Source: an uncultured Thermoleophilia bacterium (GTDB taxonomy: Bacteria > Actinomycetota > Thermoleophilia > UBA2241). From it: 64,000 bases of DNA. The stretch lies in assembly GCA_963702475.1 (NCBI GenBank), contig CAVPCT010000004.1, positions 256,001 through 320,000 of the forward strand, read 5' to 3'. Below the pieces are notes generated by a model that saw nothing but the letters and a program-made list of their open reading frames with translations, searched no databases and had not been told where the DNA came from. This document shows positions 28,998 to 38,800 of this stretch, piece after piece (the first letter of the stretch is position 1; every line of letters begins with the position of its first letter). The translations under genes were made by a program, and so were the position numbers.

Positions 28998-30848
28998 TCA
29001 CGAGGCCGTGCCGGCCGGCTGCTGCGTCTCCGCCCCGGACGGCCCCTCCATCTGCGCCCCAGCCTCGGCGAGCGCATCCGCGAGGCGCCTGCGGCGCTGG
29101 CGCGGCAGGCGCACGAAGAAGCTGGCGCCGTGGCCGTGTCCGGCCTCGGCGCGGATGGTGCCGCCCATCATCTCGGTGAGCTCGCGGGCGATCGAGAGGC
29201 CGAGGCCCGCGCCCGTGGTGGTCGCGCGTTCCTCGCTGCCGCGGTGGAAGCGTTCGAACACGTGCGGCAGCTCGGCCGCAGGGATACCCGGTCCGTCGTC
29301 ACTGACGACCACGGTGGCCCACTTCTCCTCCACCTTGGTGGCCATGCGTACCGTGCTGCCCGGGGGCGAGAACTTCACGGCGTTGTCGATGAGCGCGCGC
29401 AGCACCTGTGCGAGCCGCTGCTCATCGCACCAGGCCGTGACGCGCTCGCCGTCCTCCACGCAGAGCGAGAGCTCTTTCGCCTGCGCCTGGATCTGGAACT
29501 CGTCGAGCACGGAGCGTGCGACCTCCTCCAGGTCGACACTCTCCGGCTCCAGCTGCAGCGACCCGGCTTCGACCTTGGAGAGGTCGAGCATGCTCACGGC
29601 GAGGTTGCGCAGCCGGTCCACCTGCTGTCGCATGAGGGCCAGGAACTCCCGCTGCTCTTCCTCGCTGAGGTTGCCTTCGTCGATCAGCTCGAGAAACCCA
29701 GCCAGGGAGAAGAGCGGCGTCTTGAACTCGTGCGATGCGTTGGCGATGAGGTCGCGTCGGGCGCGCTCGAGACGTGCCTGGGCGGTCACATCGCGCAGCA
29801 CCAGGATCGACGTGAAGTCGGCGTCGCCGGCCACCGGGTAGGTGGTCGCCTCGAGGGTCGTATCGCCGTGGACGAACACGACATCCTGCACGTCGCCTTC
29901 GCGGCGCGACTCGCGCCAGGCCTCGGCGACGTCCGCCGGGAACCTCTCGTCGAGGGTCGCGCCGACGGGCAGGGGCTCGCCGAGCAGGTCGGCCGAGGCA
30001 GGATTGGCGATGGTCACGACGCCCTCGGCCGAGAGCCCGATCACACCCTCGCTCAGGTCGTTGAGGAGCACCTCGACGCGGTCGCGCTCGTACTCCACCT
30101 GAGCGAACGCGCCCCTGAGGCGCTCGGCCATCACGTTGAAGGTGTCGGCCAGCTGGCCGATCTCGTCCTCCACCGTCGCCGGCACGGTCGCCGTGAGGTC
30201 GCCTGCGGCGATCGCCTCGGCGCTCTGCTCGATACGCTTGAGCCGTCGGGCGATGAAGTATGAGGCCAGGTAGCCCAGCAGAAGGCTGATGCCCAGCGCC
30301 AGGACCGTGGCGAACACAAGCTGGCGCTGCACCTGCGCCACGGCCTTGGCGACGTCGGTGAGAGAGGCCGACACGAGCACCGTGCCGTAGACCGTGCCGC
30401 TGGAGAGATCGACAAGCGGCACGGCCGTGGCCGCGTACCTGCCCGAGCTCGTCTGCACCACGCCCTGAGCGGTCCTGCCCGAGGCGAGGGACTCGCCGAT
30501 CATGGGGTAGTCCCCGACGTCGAACACGCCAGGGCCACCGGAGTCGACCCGGGGCACCTGGTTCTTCGTCAGAATGACGATGCGCGCGTTGTTCCGCATG
30601 CCGACGAGCGCGATCGTGTTCTGCAGCGCCGGCGCGTTGGCGATGCCCATCTCTCCGTCCCCGCGGTCGTACACGAAGCTGGGCACGCTCTGGAGGATCA
30701 GGTCCACGTTGAGAGCCTGGTCCTTGAGCTTCTGCTGCTCCAAACGGTTGGTGAGCGGCGGGACGACGTAGATGTACGCCACCAGCATGGCGAGGGCCAC
30801 GAGCAGCAGGATCAGGACGGTGAGCCAGTTCTTGACGGAGCGGAACAT
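28998..30848 (-). CDS. Sensor histidine kinase (2 TM, HAMP, PAS-like, HisKA, HATPase)
   Basis: DEIGQLA (HAMP), SHEFKTPL, DNAVKF, DDGPGI and GAGLGL. Confidence 0.95.
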   Translation of the reverse strand: MFRSVKNWLTVLILLLVALAMLVAYIYVVPPLTNRLEQQKLKDQALNVDLILQSVPSFVYDRGDGEMGIANAPALQNTIALVGMRNNARIVILTKNQVPRVDSGGPGVFDVGDYPMIGESLASGRTAQGVVQTSSGRYAATAVPLVDLSSGTVYGTVLVSASLTDVAKAVAQVQRQLVFATVLALGISLLLGYLASYFIARRLKRIEQSAEAIAAGDLTATVPATVEDEIGQLADTFNVMAERLRGAFAQVEYERDRVEVLLNDLSEGVIGLSAEGVVTIANPASADLLGEPLPVGATLDERFPADVAEAWRESRREGDVQDVVFVHGDTTLEATTYPVAGDADFTSILVLRDVTAQARLERARRDLIANASHEFKTPLFSLAGFLELIDEGNLSEEEQREFLALMRQQVDRLRNLAVSMLDLSKVEAGSLQLEPESVDLEEVARSVLDEFQIQAQAKELSLCVEDGERVTAWCDEQRLAQVLRALIDNAVKFSPPGSTVRMATKVEEKWATVVVSDDGPGIPAAELPHVFERFHRGSEERATTTGAGLGLSIARELTEMMGGTIRAEAGHGHGASFFVRLPRQRRRRLADALAEAGAQMEGPSGAETQQPAGTAS

Positions 30849-30933
30849 GTGCGAGGCGCTCAGGGCGCCCGAGATCCTCCGGTGATGGGCGCGTCCTCCG
30901 CGGCGGAGGACGCTACGGAGCCAGTAAAACAGC

Positions 30934-31644
30934 TCAGAATTCGCGGAACTTGTAGCCGATGTTACGGACGGTGAAGATGAACTCGGGGTCCTTGGGGTCG
31001 CTCTCCAGCTTCTCGCGCAGGTGGCGGATGTGCACATCGACAGTGCGGGCGTCGCGGTAGTCGGAGTCGCCCCACACGAGCTGCAGCAGCAGTTGGCGGC
31101 TGTACACGCGGCCGGGGTGGGAGATGAGCGTCTTGAGGATCTCGAACTCTATGTAGGTGAGGTCGACCTTGGCGCCGCGCAGGATGACGTTGCGCTTGAG
31201 CAGGTCGACCTCGAGGTCCTCGAGGCGGATGACCTCTTTCTTGGACGCCTCGGCGCTGCGACTCATCTCGGCGCGCCGCAGCTGGGCGCGTACGCGGCTG
31301 CGGAACTCGCGCAGGCTGAACTTGTCTTTGGTGATGTAGTCATCGGCGCCGATCTCCAGGCCGAGCACCTTGTCGAACTCCTCCGACTTGGCCGTCAGCA
31401 TGATGATCGGCACGATGCTCTGGGCGCGGATGCGACGGCACACCTCCATGCCGTCCACGTGCGGGAGCATGAGGTCGAGGATCACCAGGTCGAAGCTCTC
31501 GCGGGCGAAGGTCTCGAGGGCCTCCTCTCCGTCGCGCGCGGTGACCACCTGGTAACCCTCCTTCTCCAGCGGGAAGCGCAGCAGCTTGAGGATCGCCTCC
31601 TCGTCGTCCACGAGCAGGATGCGCGCTCCTGTGTCCGCCATCAC
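30934..31644 (-). CDS. OmpR/PhoB-family response regulator
   Basis: VDDE, LDLMLP, GADDYITK and RTVDVHIRHLREK. Confidence 0.96.
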   Translation of the reverse strand: MMADTGARILLVDDEEAILKLLRFPLEKEGYQVVTARDGEEALETFARESFDLVILDLMLPHVDGMEVCRRIRAQSIVPIIMLTAKSEEFDKVLGLEIGADDYITKDKFSLREFRSRVRAQLRRAEMSRSAEASKKEVIRLEDLEVDLLKRNVILRGAKVDLTYIEFEILKTLISHPGRVYSRQLLLQLVWGDSDYRDARTVDVHIRHLREKLESDPKDPEFIFTVRNIGYKFREF

Positions 31645-32300
31645 GTCTCCTCCTCCTCAATGCGTACGCGCCCGCGCGGCGAAGCCAGGCCGCGGGCGCG
31701 GAAGCCCGCCCCCAGAGCACGGGCGATCGCCTCGCACCCGGCCAGATCGGCGCCGGGGAAGTCGACGGCCGTCAGCGTTGTCTCGATGTCGTGTCGCACA
31801 CACTGTTCGGCGAACTGGATGACAGCCCTGTGCGCCTTGGCGAACATGGGCCGGCAGATCTCCTCGTAGGCGCGCGGGTCGGCGGCGTTGAGGCTCACCG
31901 TGACGGCGTTGAGGCCGGCCGCCGCCAGGCCCGCCGGCACGTCCACGTCAGGGTTGAGTAACGGGCCGTGCCCGTTGGTATCCAGACGGGTGCGGATACG
32001 GCGCAGGCGCAGCCACTCGGTGACTTTGAGGACGACGTCAAGCCGCATGGTGGGCTCGCCGAACCCGCAGAACACGACTTCCTCCTGCGGGCCATCGTCG
32101 GCGAACGCCCACTCGACCGCGCTCGTGACCTCGTCGACGTCCGGCTCGCGCTCGAGCACGAGGTCGACGCCGAACACGCCGTCGGCCCACTCGCGCACAC
32201 AGAAGCGGCAAGCGCACGAACAGCGGTTGGTGAGGTTCAGGTACAGCCCGTCACCGCCGCGGTAGGCGATGGTGCCGTTGGAGGACGGCGGCGTGGTCAT
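31641..32300 (-). CDS. TatD-associated-type radical SAM protein
   Basis: LYLNLTNRCSCACRFC, EVVFCGFGEPT, TNGHG and SLNA. Confidence 0.88.
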   Translation of the reverse strand: MTTPPSSNGTIAYRGGDGLYLNLTNRCSCACRFCVREWADGVFGVDLVLEREPDVDEVTSAVEWAFADDGPQEEVVFCGFGEPTMRLDVVLKVTEWLRLRRIRTRLDTNGHGPLLNPDVDVPAGLAAAGLNAVTVSLNAADPRAYEEICRPMFAKAHRAVIQFAEQCVRHDIETTLTAVDFPGADLAGCEAIARALGAGFRARGLASPRGRVRIEEEET

Positions 32301-32406
32301 GAGGACGGAGCGGGGGGGCGCATGTCGGGGCTCCCGTGGCGTGCGGGGCGGCGGTTCGAGTATAGCAGGGTACAATCGATGGGCATGACCACCCTCCCGC
32401 CCACAC

Positions 32407-33447
32407 GTGACTGATCTCCCCGGCATCGAGGCGATGCTCTACGAGCGCTTCGACGGCGGCGACGTGCTGTGTCGCGTGTGCCCCCGTCTGTGTCGCATCG
32501 CGCCCGGCAAGAGCGGCGCGTGCCGGGCGCGCCGCAACTACGACGGCACCCTCCGGGCCATCACCTACGGGCGCGTGTGCAGCGTTGCGGCCGATCCCAT
32601 CGAGAAGAAGCCGCTCTACCACTTCTTCCCGGGCACCACCGTCCTCTCGCTGGGCAGCGTCGGCTGCAACTTCACCTGCCGGCACTGCCAGAACTGGCAG
32701 ATCGCTCACGCCGACCCGGCCGAGGTCGCGCGCGACCTGCGCGAACTGCCGGTGCGCAACCTGCCGGTGCTGGCCGACCACAACGACTGCCAGGGTGTCG
32801 CCTGGACCTACAACGAACCGACCATCTGGCTCGAGTACATCCTGGACGGCGCCCAGTCGGCGCACGAGCATGGCCTCTACACCGTGATGGTCACCAACGG
32901 CTACATCACCGAGGAGGCCCTGGACGTGCTCGGTCCACACATCGACGCCTACCGCGTCGACGTCAAGGGTTTCAGCGACGACCAGTACCGCGAGCTCTGC
33001 CGCATCCGCGACATGTCGCCGGTGCCGGCGGCGGCCGAGCGTGCGCAGAAGGTGCACGACTGCCACGTGGAGATCGTGACGAACGTCATCCCCACGTTCA
33101 ACGACGACGATGCAACGCTCGCCGGCATCGCCGGCTGGATCGCCACGTCGCTGGGGCCGGACACGCCGTGGCACGTGACCCGCTTCGTGCCGTACCTCGA
33201 CTTCGCGCACCTCTCACCAACGCCGGTCGCGACCTTGGAACGGGCGGTGCGCATCGGTCGCGAGGCTGGGCTTCGGTACGTGTACCTCGGCAACGTGCCG
33301 GGACACGAAGGCGAGAACACCGTTTGTCCCAACTGCAGACGGCTTCTGGTCCGCCGGACCGGCTATGCGGTTGAGGATGTCGCCCTGCGGGGAACATTCT
33401 GTGCGATGTGCGGGGCGAACGTGCACATGCGCACAAGTCTCAAGTGA
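32407..33447 (+). CDS. amrS: AmmeMemoRadiSam system radical SAM enzyme
   Basis: CRVCPRLC, DPIEKKPLYHFFPG, GCNFTCRHCQNW, TYNEP and YVYLGNVPG..CPNC. Confidence 0.92.
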   Translation: MTDLPGIEAMLYERFDGGDVLCRVCPRLCRIAPGKSGACRARRNYDGTLRAITYGRVCSVAADPIEKKPLYHFFPGTTVLSLGSVGCNFTCRHCQNWQIAHADPAEVARDLRELPVRNLPVLADHNDCQGVAWTYNEPTIWLEYILDGAQSAHEHGLYTVMVTNGYITEEALDVLGPHIDAYRVDVKGFSDDQYRELCRIRDMSPVPAAAERAQKVHDCHVEIVTNVIPTFNDDDATLAGIAGWIATSLGPDTPWHVTRFVPYLDFAHLSPTPVATLERAVRIGREAGLRYVYLGNVPGHEGENTVCPNCRRLLVRRTGYAVEDVALRGTFCAMCGANVHMRTSLK

Positions 33448-33492
33448 CGCGGTGGTGGCGCAGCGGCGTCCCGAAGGCTAGGATTCGAGCCC

Positions 33493-33930
33493 GTGAGCGA
33501 CCTGCTTATGAACGAGTACGTGAAGATCGACCTCCCGGCCAAGGCCGAGTATGTCGTGCTCGGCCGCCTTGCCTTGGCCGGGGTGCTGCGCAGCGGCGGC
33601 TTCTCCGAGGACGCGGTGGCCGACCTCAAGCTGGCGCTGACCGAGGCGTGCTCCAACTCCGTGCGGCACGCCTACGACCACGATGAGGGCCAGGTCCACC
33701 TCGGGTTCACCATGTACGACGACCGTATCGTCATCGAGATCCGCGACGAGGGCGCCGGGTTCCACGAGGACGACGTCGACTGCCCGGAGTGCCAAGCCAT
33801 GTTGGGGCTTCCCGTGAGCGACGGCGGCATGGGCATCTCCATCATCCGTGCCGTGGTCGACGATTTCGACCTTCGCCGCGCCCACGACGGCGGCACGGTG
33901 CTCTTCCTCACCAAGCTGCGCGACCTCTGA
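33493..33930 (+). CDS. RsbW-like anti-sigma factor / Ser kinase (HATPase_c_2)
   Basis: LKLALTEACSNSVRHAY, DEGAGF and GGMGISII. Confidence 0.9.
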   Translation: MSDLLMNEYVKIDLPAKAEYVVLGRLALAGVLRSGGFSEDAVADLKLALTEACSNSVRHAYDHDEGQVHLGFTMYDDRIVIEIRDEGAGFHEDDVDCPECQAMLGLPVSDGGMGISIIRAVVDDFDLRRAHDGGTVLFLTKLRDL

Positions 33931-34111
33931 GCAACCGGCGCGCCCTGCGCCGCCGCCTCGCCGCTCCTGAGTCCCGCGCCTCTGCCCGCTTGTCGTGCGT
34001 GACCGCGCGCGCCGGTGGTGTCTGCTGGTTTAGGCGGGTCGTGGGCGCAGGCAAACTAGCTGACGAGGCGCCGTAAGGCGCCGTCTGCCCTCGGGCCCGA
34101 CGAGGAGGTCC

Positions 34112-36232
34112 GTGGTGACGCCACGGTTGCAGCAGTCCAGGTTCGCACGCGTGCTCTTCGACGAGGCGCACGGCGAGGCGTGGTCCATCCGTACCGACGC
34201 GGCGGCGCGCATGCGCCCGGACCACCCCGCCGCCGCCTCCTACGGCGAGGCCGCCCGGGAGCTTGGCGAGCGCGACTTCTCCGTTGCGGCGCACGAGTCG
34301 GGGCCGCTGACACCAGCGGTACTCGCGGGGACCGACGTGCTGGTCGTCGCACATCCGTCGGAGCCCGAGTGGGAGGGAACCCTTGGCGGCTCGCCGGTCT
34401 TCTCACCCGAGGAGCGGGCCGCCGTCGAGCGTTTCGTGGAAGGCGGCGGCGGCCTGCTCGTGCTGGCCGAGACCGAGGAAAAGAAGTACGGCGCCAATCT
34501 CAACGAGCTCCTGGCGCCATTCGGCCTCGCGGTAGAGAACACGACGGTGTCCGACTACCTCGGGTCGCCCGGTGCGCCCACCTGGGTGCCGGCCACCGGC
34601 TCGCCAGCTCCGCCGGACGCCGGCCTGCTCCACCGCGTCGACGATGTGCGGTTCTATCGGGCGGGGTCGCTGGCCGTGCCTCAGGGCGCCGCTGTGCTGT
34701 GTGCCGGGCCCGGCGCGGCACCCGCCGGCGCCGTCCTGCTGGCGGCCGTCCCCTACGGCCGCGGCCGGGTGGTGCTGGCTGCCGACTCCGACATCTTCGG
34801 CGACGACTTCCTGCGTCGTCAGGACCATCGGCAGCTCTGGCTGAACCTGCTCTACTGGCTCGCGCTGCCCGCCTTCGGGGCCACCGCGGCGCCGCTCACG
34901 TCCGCCGCCGCGGCCGATCCGGTCTGGGCCCGTCTCAAGGAGGCGACCGACGAGCTGCGGCTGCTGCAGGGCCCGCGCGGGGACGTGGACCTCTCGGTCG
35001 CGGACGCCGGCCGTGTCCGCGGACTCGTGCGTGACATGGCCGACGGCGTCCGTGGCCTGGCCGGCCGCTTTCCGCACCAGGAGGCGTATTTCCACAGCCT
35101 GGTCAGCGACCTCACCTCCTGGGCCGACGCCGGCTTCGGCAGACCTGACTTCGCCGCCTCGCTCGACGCCTTCCGTCCCGAGCGCGAGCGGCGCGACGGC
35201 GTGGAGCACCTCGTCGTGTTTCCTCTCTACACGCCCAACGGATCGCCCGACACGCGTTTCGAGGCGCTCCTCGTGCGCACACCGTGGCCGGGTTTCGTCG
35301 CCGAACTGGAGCGGACCGAGTTCGACAACACCAAGTTCGTGCCGGTCCAGCTCGTCGACCACACCCGCGGGTACGACAGCGAATGCGCGGTGCTGTTCCC
35401 CGAGACCGTGAGCCTCGCTCAGCGTCCGACCAACAACTTCGGCGGGATCTTCTGCGACCGCGAGTCGGCGCGTTTTCGCCGCGCGGTGACGGCGGCCGCC
35501 GAGGAGCTTCGCCTGGACCTCCCGCCTGACGCCGCCGCGTTGGTCGCGTCGCCCGGCCTCTCACTCGAGACGTTCATCATGTGGGACCTCATCCACGACC
35601 GCTGGCACAGCCACGGAGAGCTTCCCTTCGACCCGTTCATGATCCGCCAGCGGTTGCCGTACTGGATGTACGCGCTCGAGGAGCTGCGTGTGGACCTCGC
35701 TACCTACGGCAGCGCGGTCGAACTGGTGGACCGAGGCTTCCACTTCGCCAGGCACGTGCAGTACGCGATCCTGTTCGATCGCATCCTGCGCTTCCCGATC
35801 ACGGGAAGCCGTGTGCGCAACTACGACGGCCTCGGTGGGCAGCTGCTGTTCGCCTTTCTGCACCGGCGCGGCGCCGTGGCGTGGCGAGACAACCGTCTGA
35901 GCGTGGACTGGGACGCCCTCGACGATGCGGTAGCGCAGCTGCGCAGGCTGCTCGAGGACGTGTACCGGCGCGGGATCGACATGAGCAGGGTCTCGTACTG
36001 GGCGGCTGCGCACGACCTCGTCTCGGAGTTCGTTGAGCCCAACGTCGCCTCGCATTGGCGCCGGGAGGCGCGTGTGGTGACGGACGAGGCCGATCCGCGG
36101 GCCTGGGTCGACAGGGTGCTGCCCGATGAGTTCCCGCTCAGCACCTTCTATCTGTCGCTGCTGAGGAAGCTGGACGAGCGCGCGCAGCGGACGGCGGGGG
36201 CCGCCGCGGGCGACGGGCGGCGATCCGCTTGA
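34112..36232 (+). CDS. DUF6421-family protein with N-terminal GATase-like (DUF4350-type) domain
   Basis: N-terminal VLFDEAHGE..FVEGGGGLL..DSDIF; C-terminal FPLYTPNG, FCDRE, WDLIHDRWHSHG, LEELRVDL and NYDGLGGQ. Confidence 0.8.
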   Translation: MVTPRLQQSRFARVLFDEAHGEAWSIRTDAAARMRPDHPAAASYGEAARELGERDFSVAAHESGPLTPAVLAGTDVLVVAHPSEPEWEGTLGGSPVFSPEERAAVERFVEGGGGLLVLAETEEKKYGANLNELLAPFGLAVENTTVSDYLGSPGAPTWVPATGSPAPPDAGLLHRVDDVRFYRAGSLAVPQGAAVLCAGPGAAPAGAVLLAAVPYGRGRVVLAADSDIFGDDFLRRQDHRQLWLNLLYWLALPAFGATAAPLTSAAAADPVWARLKEATDELRLLQGPRGDVDLSVADAGRVRGLVRDMADGVRGLAGRFPHQEAYFHSLVSDLTSWADAGFGRPDFAASLDAFRPERERRDGVEHLVVFPLYTPNGSPDTRFEALLVRTPWPGFVAELERTEFDNTKFVPVQLVDHTRGYDSECAVLFPETVSLAQRPTNNFGGIFCDRESARFRRAVTAAAEELRLDLPPDAAALVASPGLSLETFIMWDLIHDRWHSHGELPFDPFMIRQRLPYWMYALEELRVDLATYGSAVELVDRGFHFARHVQYAILFDRILRFPITGSRVRNYDGLGGQLLFAFLHRRGAVAWRDNRLSVDWDALDDAVAQLRRLLEDVYRRGIDMSRVSYWAAAHDLVSEFVEPNVASHWRREARVVTDEADPRAWVDRVLPDEFPLSTFYLSLLRKLDERAQRTAGAAAGDGRRSA

Positions 36233-36957
36233 GCGCGGGCGGGGCGGGCGCCCTGACCGCCCTCGCGACTCGCTTCGGCCTGTCAGACGAGGCGGTGGCC
36301 GCACTCGCCGACTACGTGGGTCTCCTGCTCACCTGGCCCGGCAACGTGACGGGGCTCTCCACGCTCACCGAGGTGGTCGCCACGTTGCTGGGCGACTCGC
36401 TGGCGCTGCTCGACGTCGGCCATCTGCGGCTCCGAGAGCGCGAGCCGTGGGCGGACCTGGGCGCCGGCGCCGGGATCCCGGGCATCCCGCTGGCCGTCAC
36501 CGTGCCCGACGTGCACCTGGCCCTGCTGGAGTCGGCCTCGCGGAAATGCGCGTTCCTGCGCACGGCGCTTCAGGTGGCCGGCCTCGAGGGCCGCTGCCGG
36601 GTCGAGTGCGGGCGCAGCGAGCGCTTCGCGGCGAACGGCGCGCCCGGACGCGACGCCTTCAGCGTCGTGCTGGCGCGCGCCGTGGCGCCGCTCCCTGTGC
36701 TCGTCGAGCTCGCGGCGCCGCTGCTGGCCCCGGGCGGCGTGCTGGTTGCGAGCAAGACCGGGCGGGCGTTGCTCGACGAGGGCCCGCCCTCAGAGGCCAC
36801 CGCCGCGCTCTGCGGGATGGAGGCGCGACCCCCGCAGGCGCTGCCGCGCTCGCCGCTCGAGGACGCCGTGGCGGTGGTCTTCGAGAAGGTCGCCCCGACG
36901 CCCGAGCGCTTGCCGCGGCGCGCGGGCATGGCCGCAAAACGGCCGCTGCGGGGATAG
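36229..36957 (+). CDS. rsmG: 16S rRNA m7G527 methyltransferase
   Basis: NVTG..DSL, DLGAGAGIPGIPLA and ARAVA; upstream of parA. Confidence 0.9.
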   Translation: MSAGGAGALTALATRFGLSDEAVAALADYVGLLLTWPGNVTGLSTLTEVVATLLGDSLALLDVGHLRLREREPWADLGAGAGIPGIPLAVTVPDVHLALLESASRKCAFLRTALQVAGLEGRCRVECGRSERFAANGAPGRDAFSVVLARAVAPLPVLVELAAPLLAPGGVLVASKTGRALLDEGPPSEATAALCGMEARPPQALPRSPLEDAVAVVFEKVAPTPERLPRRAGMAAKRPLRG

Positions 36958-37020
36958 GCCGCGGGCGACCGGCGGCGCCCACCCCATCTGCTACTATCGG
37001 TACCCCGCGAAAGGAGCCCG

Positions 37021-37782
37021 GTGACCCGCGTCATCGCCGTGACCAACCAGAAAGGCGGCGTGGGAAAGACCACTACTGCCGTCAACCTCGCCGCCTGTCT
37101 GGCTGAGGCCGGCTTCGAGGTGCTCCTCATCGACATGGACCCGCAGGCCAACGCCTCCGCCGGCCTGGGCGTGAGGGCAGGCGACCCCCGGCTCACCAGC
37201 TACGGGGTCCTCGGCGGTGTCACGAGCGTCGCCGAGGCCACGGTGCGTACCGCCGTCGAGCATCTCCGGCTGCTGCCCGCGTGTCCCGACCTGGCCGGCG
37301 CTGTCGTGGAGCTCGCCGACGCCGACGGCAACGGGTTCGTGCTGGACTACGCGCTCACGACGCGCCTGGACATCTACGACTTCGTGTTCATCGACTGCCC
37401 GCCGTCGCTGGGCGTGCTCACCATCAACTCCCTCGTCGCCGCTCGCGAGGTGCTCATCCCGGTGCAGAGCGAGTACTACGCCCTCGAGGGTCTGGCGCAA
37501 CTTCTCGACACGATCGCCCTGGTGCAGGAGCATCTCAACCCGGAGCTGCGCATCCTCGGGGTGGTGGTCACCATGTACGACGGGCGAACGCGACTTGGGC
37601 GCGAGGTGGCCGGCGAGGTGCGCGAGAACCTGCCGGATCACGTGTTCCGGACGGTCATCCCGCGCAACGTGCGGCTGAGCGAAGCGCCGAGCCACGGCCT
37701 GCCGATCTCACGCTATGATGCCACCTGCGTCGGCAGCGACGCATACTTCGACCTTGCCAAGGAGGTCGTCTCCCGTGACTGA
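37021..37782 (+). CDS. parA: ParA/Soj chromosome partitioning ATPase
   Basis: NQKGGVGKTT, DPQAN, DCPPSLG, EYYALEG and RNVRLSEAPS. Confidence 0.97.
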   Translation: MTRVIAVTNQKGGVGKTTTAVNLAACLAEAGFEVLLIDMDPQANASAGLGVRAGDPRLTSYGVLGGVTSVAEATVRTAVEHLRLLPACPDLAGAVVELADADGNGFVLDYALTTRLDIYDFVFIDCPPSLGVLTINSLVAAREVLIPVQSEYYALEGLAQLLDTIALVQEHLNPELRILGVVVTMYDGRTRLGREVAGEVRENLPDHVFRTVIPRNVRLSEAPSHGLPISRYDATCVGSDAYFDLAKEVVSRD

Positions 37783-38740
37783 GAAGAAGGCCCTGGGTCG
37801 TGGGCTCGGGGCGCTCATCGGCGACAGCAGGGCGGCTCTGGCGCGCTCCAGCGTTGGCGCGCCGCGCGAGGGCAGGCTGCGCGAGCTGCCGCTCGCCGAG
37901 ATCACGGTGAACCGGCGCCAGCCGCGCCGCGTGTTCGCGTCCGAGGAGCTCGAGGAGCTGGCGGCATCCATCAAGGCGCTCGGCGTCGTGCAGCCGGTGG
38001 TCGTGAGGCCGCTGGACGACGGCGCCGACTCGGCGGCCGAAGGGCCGTCCGGGAGCGGCGACGCCCGTGCGACCGCCGCTCCGGGCTCGGGCGTCGGCCC
38101 GCGCTTCGAGCTCATCGCCGGCGAGCGCCGCTTGCGCGCGGCCACGCTGGCGGGCCTGGAGTCCATCCCCGCGCTCGTGCGGCCGGCCGATGAGGTCGCC
38201 TCGCTTGAGATCGCGCTGGCCGAGAACGTGGCGCGTGAGGATCTCAACAGCATCGAGGAGGCGCAGGCGTACGCGGCGCTCGTGGACGAGTTCGGCGTCA
38301 CGCACGAGCGCGTCGCCGAGCTCGTCGGTCGCAGCCGTGCGGCGGTGAGCAACCTGCTGCGCCTGCTCGAGCTGCCCGACGACGTGCAGCGCATGATCGA
38401 GCAGGGCGAGCTCAGCGAAGGGCATGGGCGGGCGCTGCTGGCTCTGCCCGGCCACGAGCAGCGCCGCAAGACGGCGCGGCTGGTGGCGTCACAGGGCCTC
38501 TCTGTGCGCCAGACCGAGGTTCTCGTGAAGAAGCTCGGCGAGGAGGCGACCGGAGGCGGCGCGCCTGCGGCCCGCCGGCCCGCCGCCGACTACTCCGACC
38601 TTGTCGACGAGCTCTACGGGGTGCTCGAGGCGCCGGTCCGCATCACCAGCGGCGCCCGCGGCGGCAGTATCCAGATCGCCTTCAAGAGCAAGGCAGAGCT
38701 CGAGCGGATCGTCGATCTGCTGCGCTCGCTCGGCGCCTGA
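37775..38740 (+). CDS. parB: ParB/Spo0J partitioning protein
   Basis: LGRGLGAL, GERRLRA, ENVAREDL and HTH SRAAVSNLLRLL. GTG start at 37775 after AAGGAGG. Confidence 0.97.
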   Translation: MTEKKALGRGLGALIGDSRAALARSSVGAPREGRLRELPLAEITVNRRQPRRVFASEELEELAASIKALGVVQPVVVRPLDDGADSAAEGPSGSGDARATAAPGSGVGPRFELIAGERRLRAATLAGLESIPALVRPADEVASLEIALAENVAREDLNSIEEAQAYAALVDEFGVTHERVAELVGRSRAAVSNLLRLLELPDDVQRMIEQGELSEGHGRALLALPGHEQRRKTARLVASQGLSVRQTEVLVKKLGEEATGGGAPAARRPAADYSDLVDELYGVLEAPVRITSGARGGSIQIAFKSKAELERIVDLLRSLGA

Positions 38741-38800
38741 CCCCTCCCGCGTGTGGCGCCCTCGGCGTCCCCGCGGTCGAGCGTCACTCCCGCGGACGGC

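Noticed and set aside
34060-34090. Hammerhead-like CTGACGA-GGCGCC-GTAA-GGCGCC upstream of the DUF6421 gene
   Set aside because: The stem is followed by GTCT rather than the essential GAAA, and stems I/III are not evident. It is likely a plain 5'-UTR hairpin.
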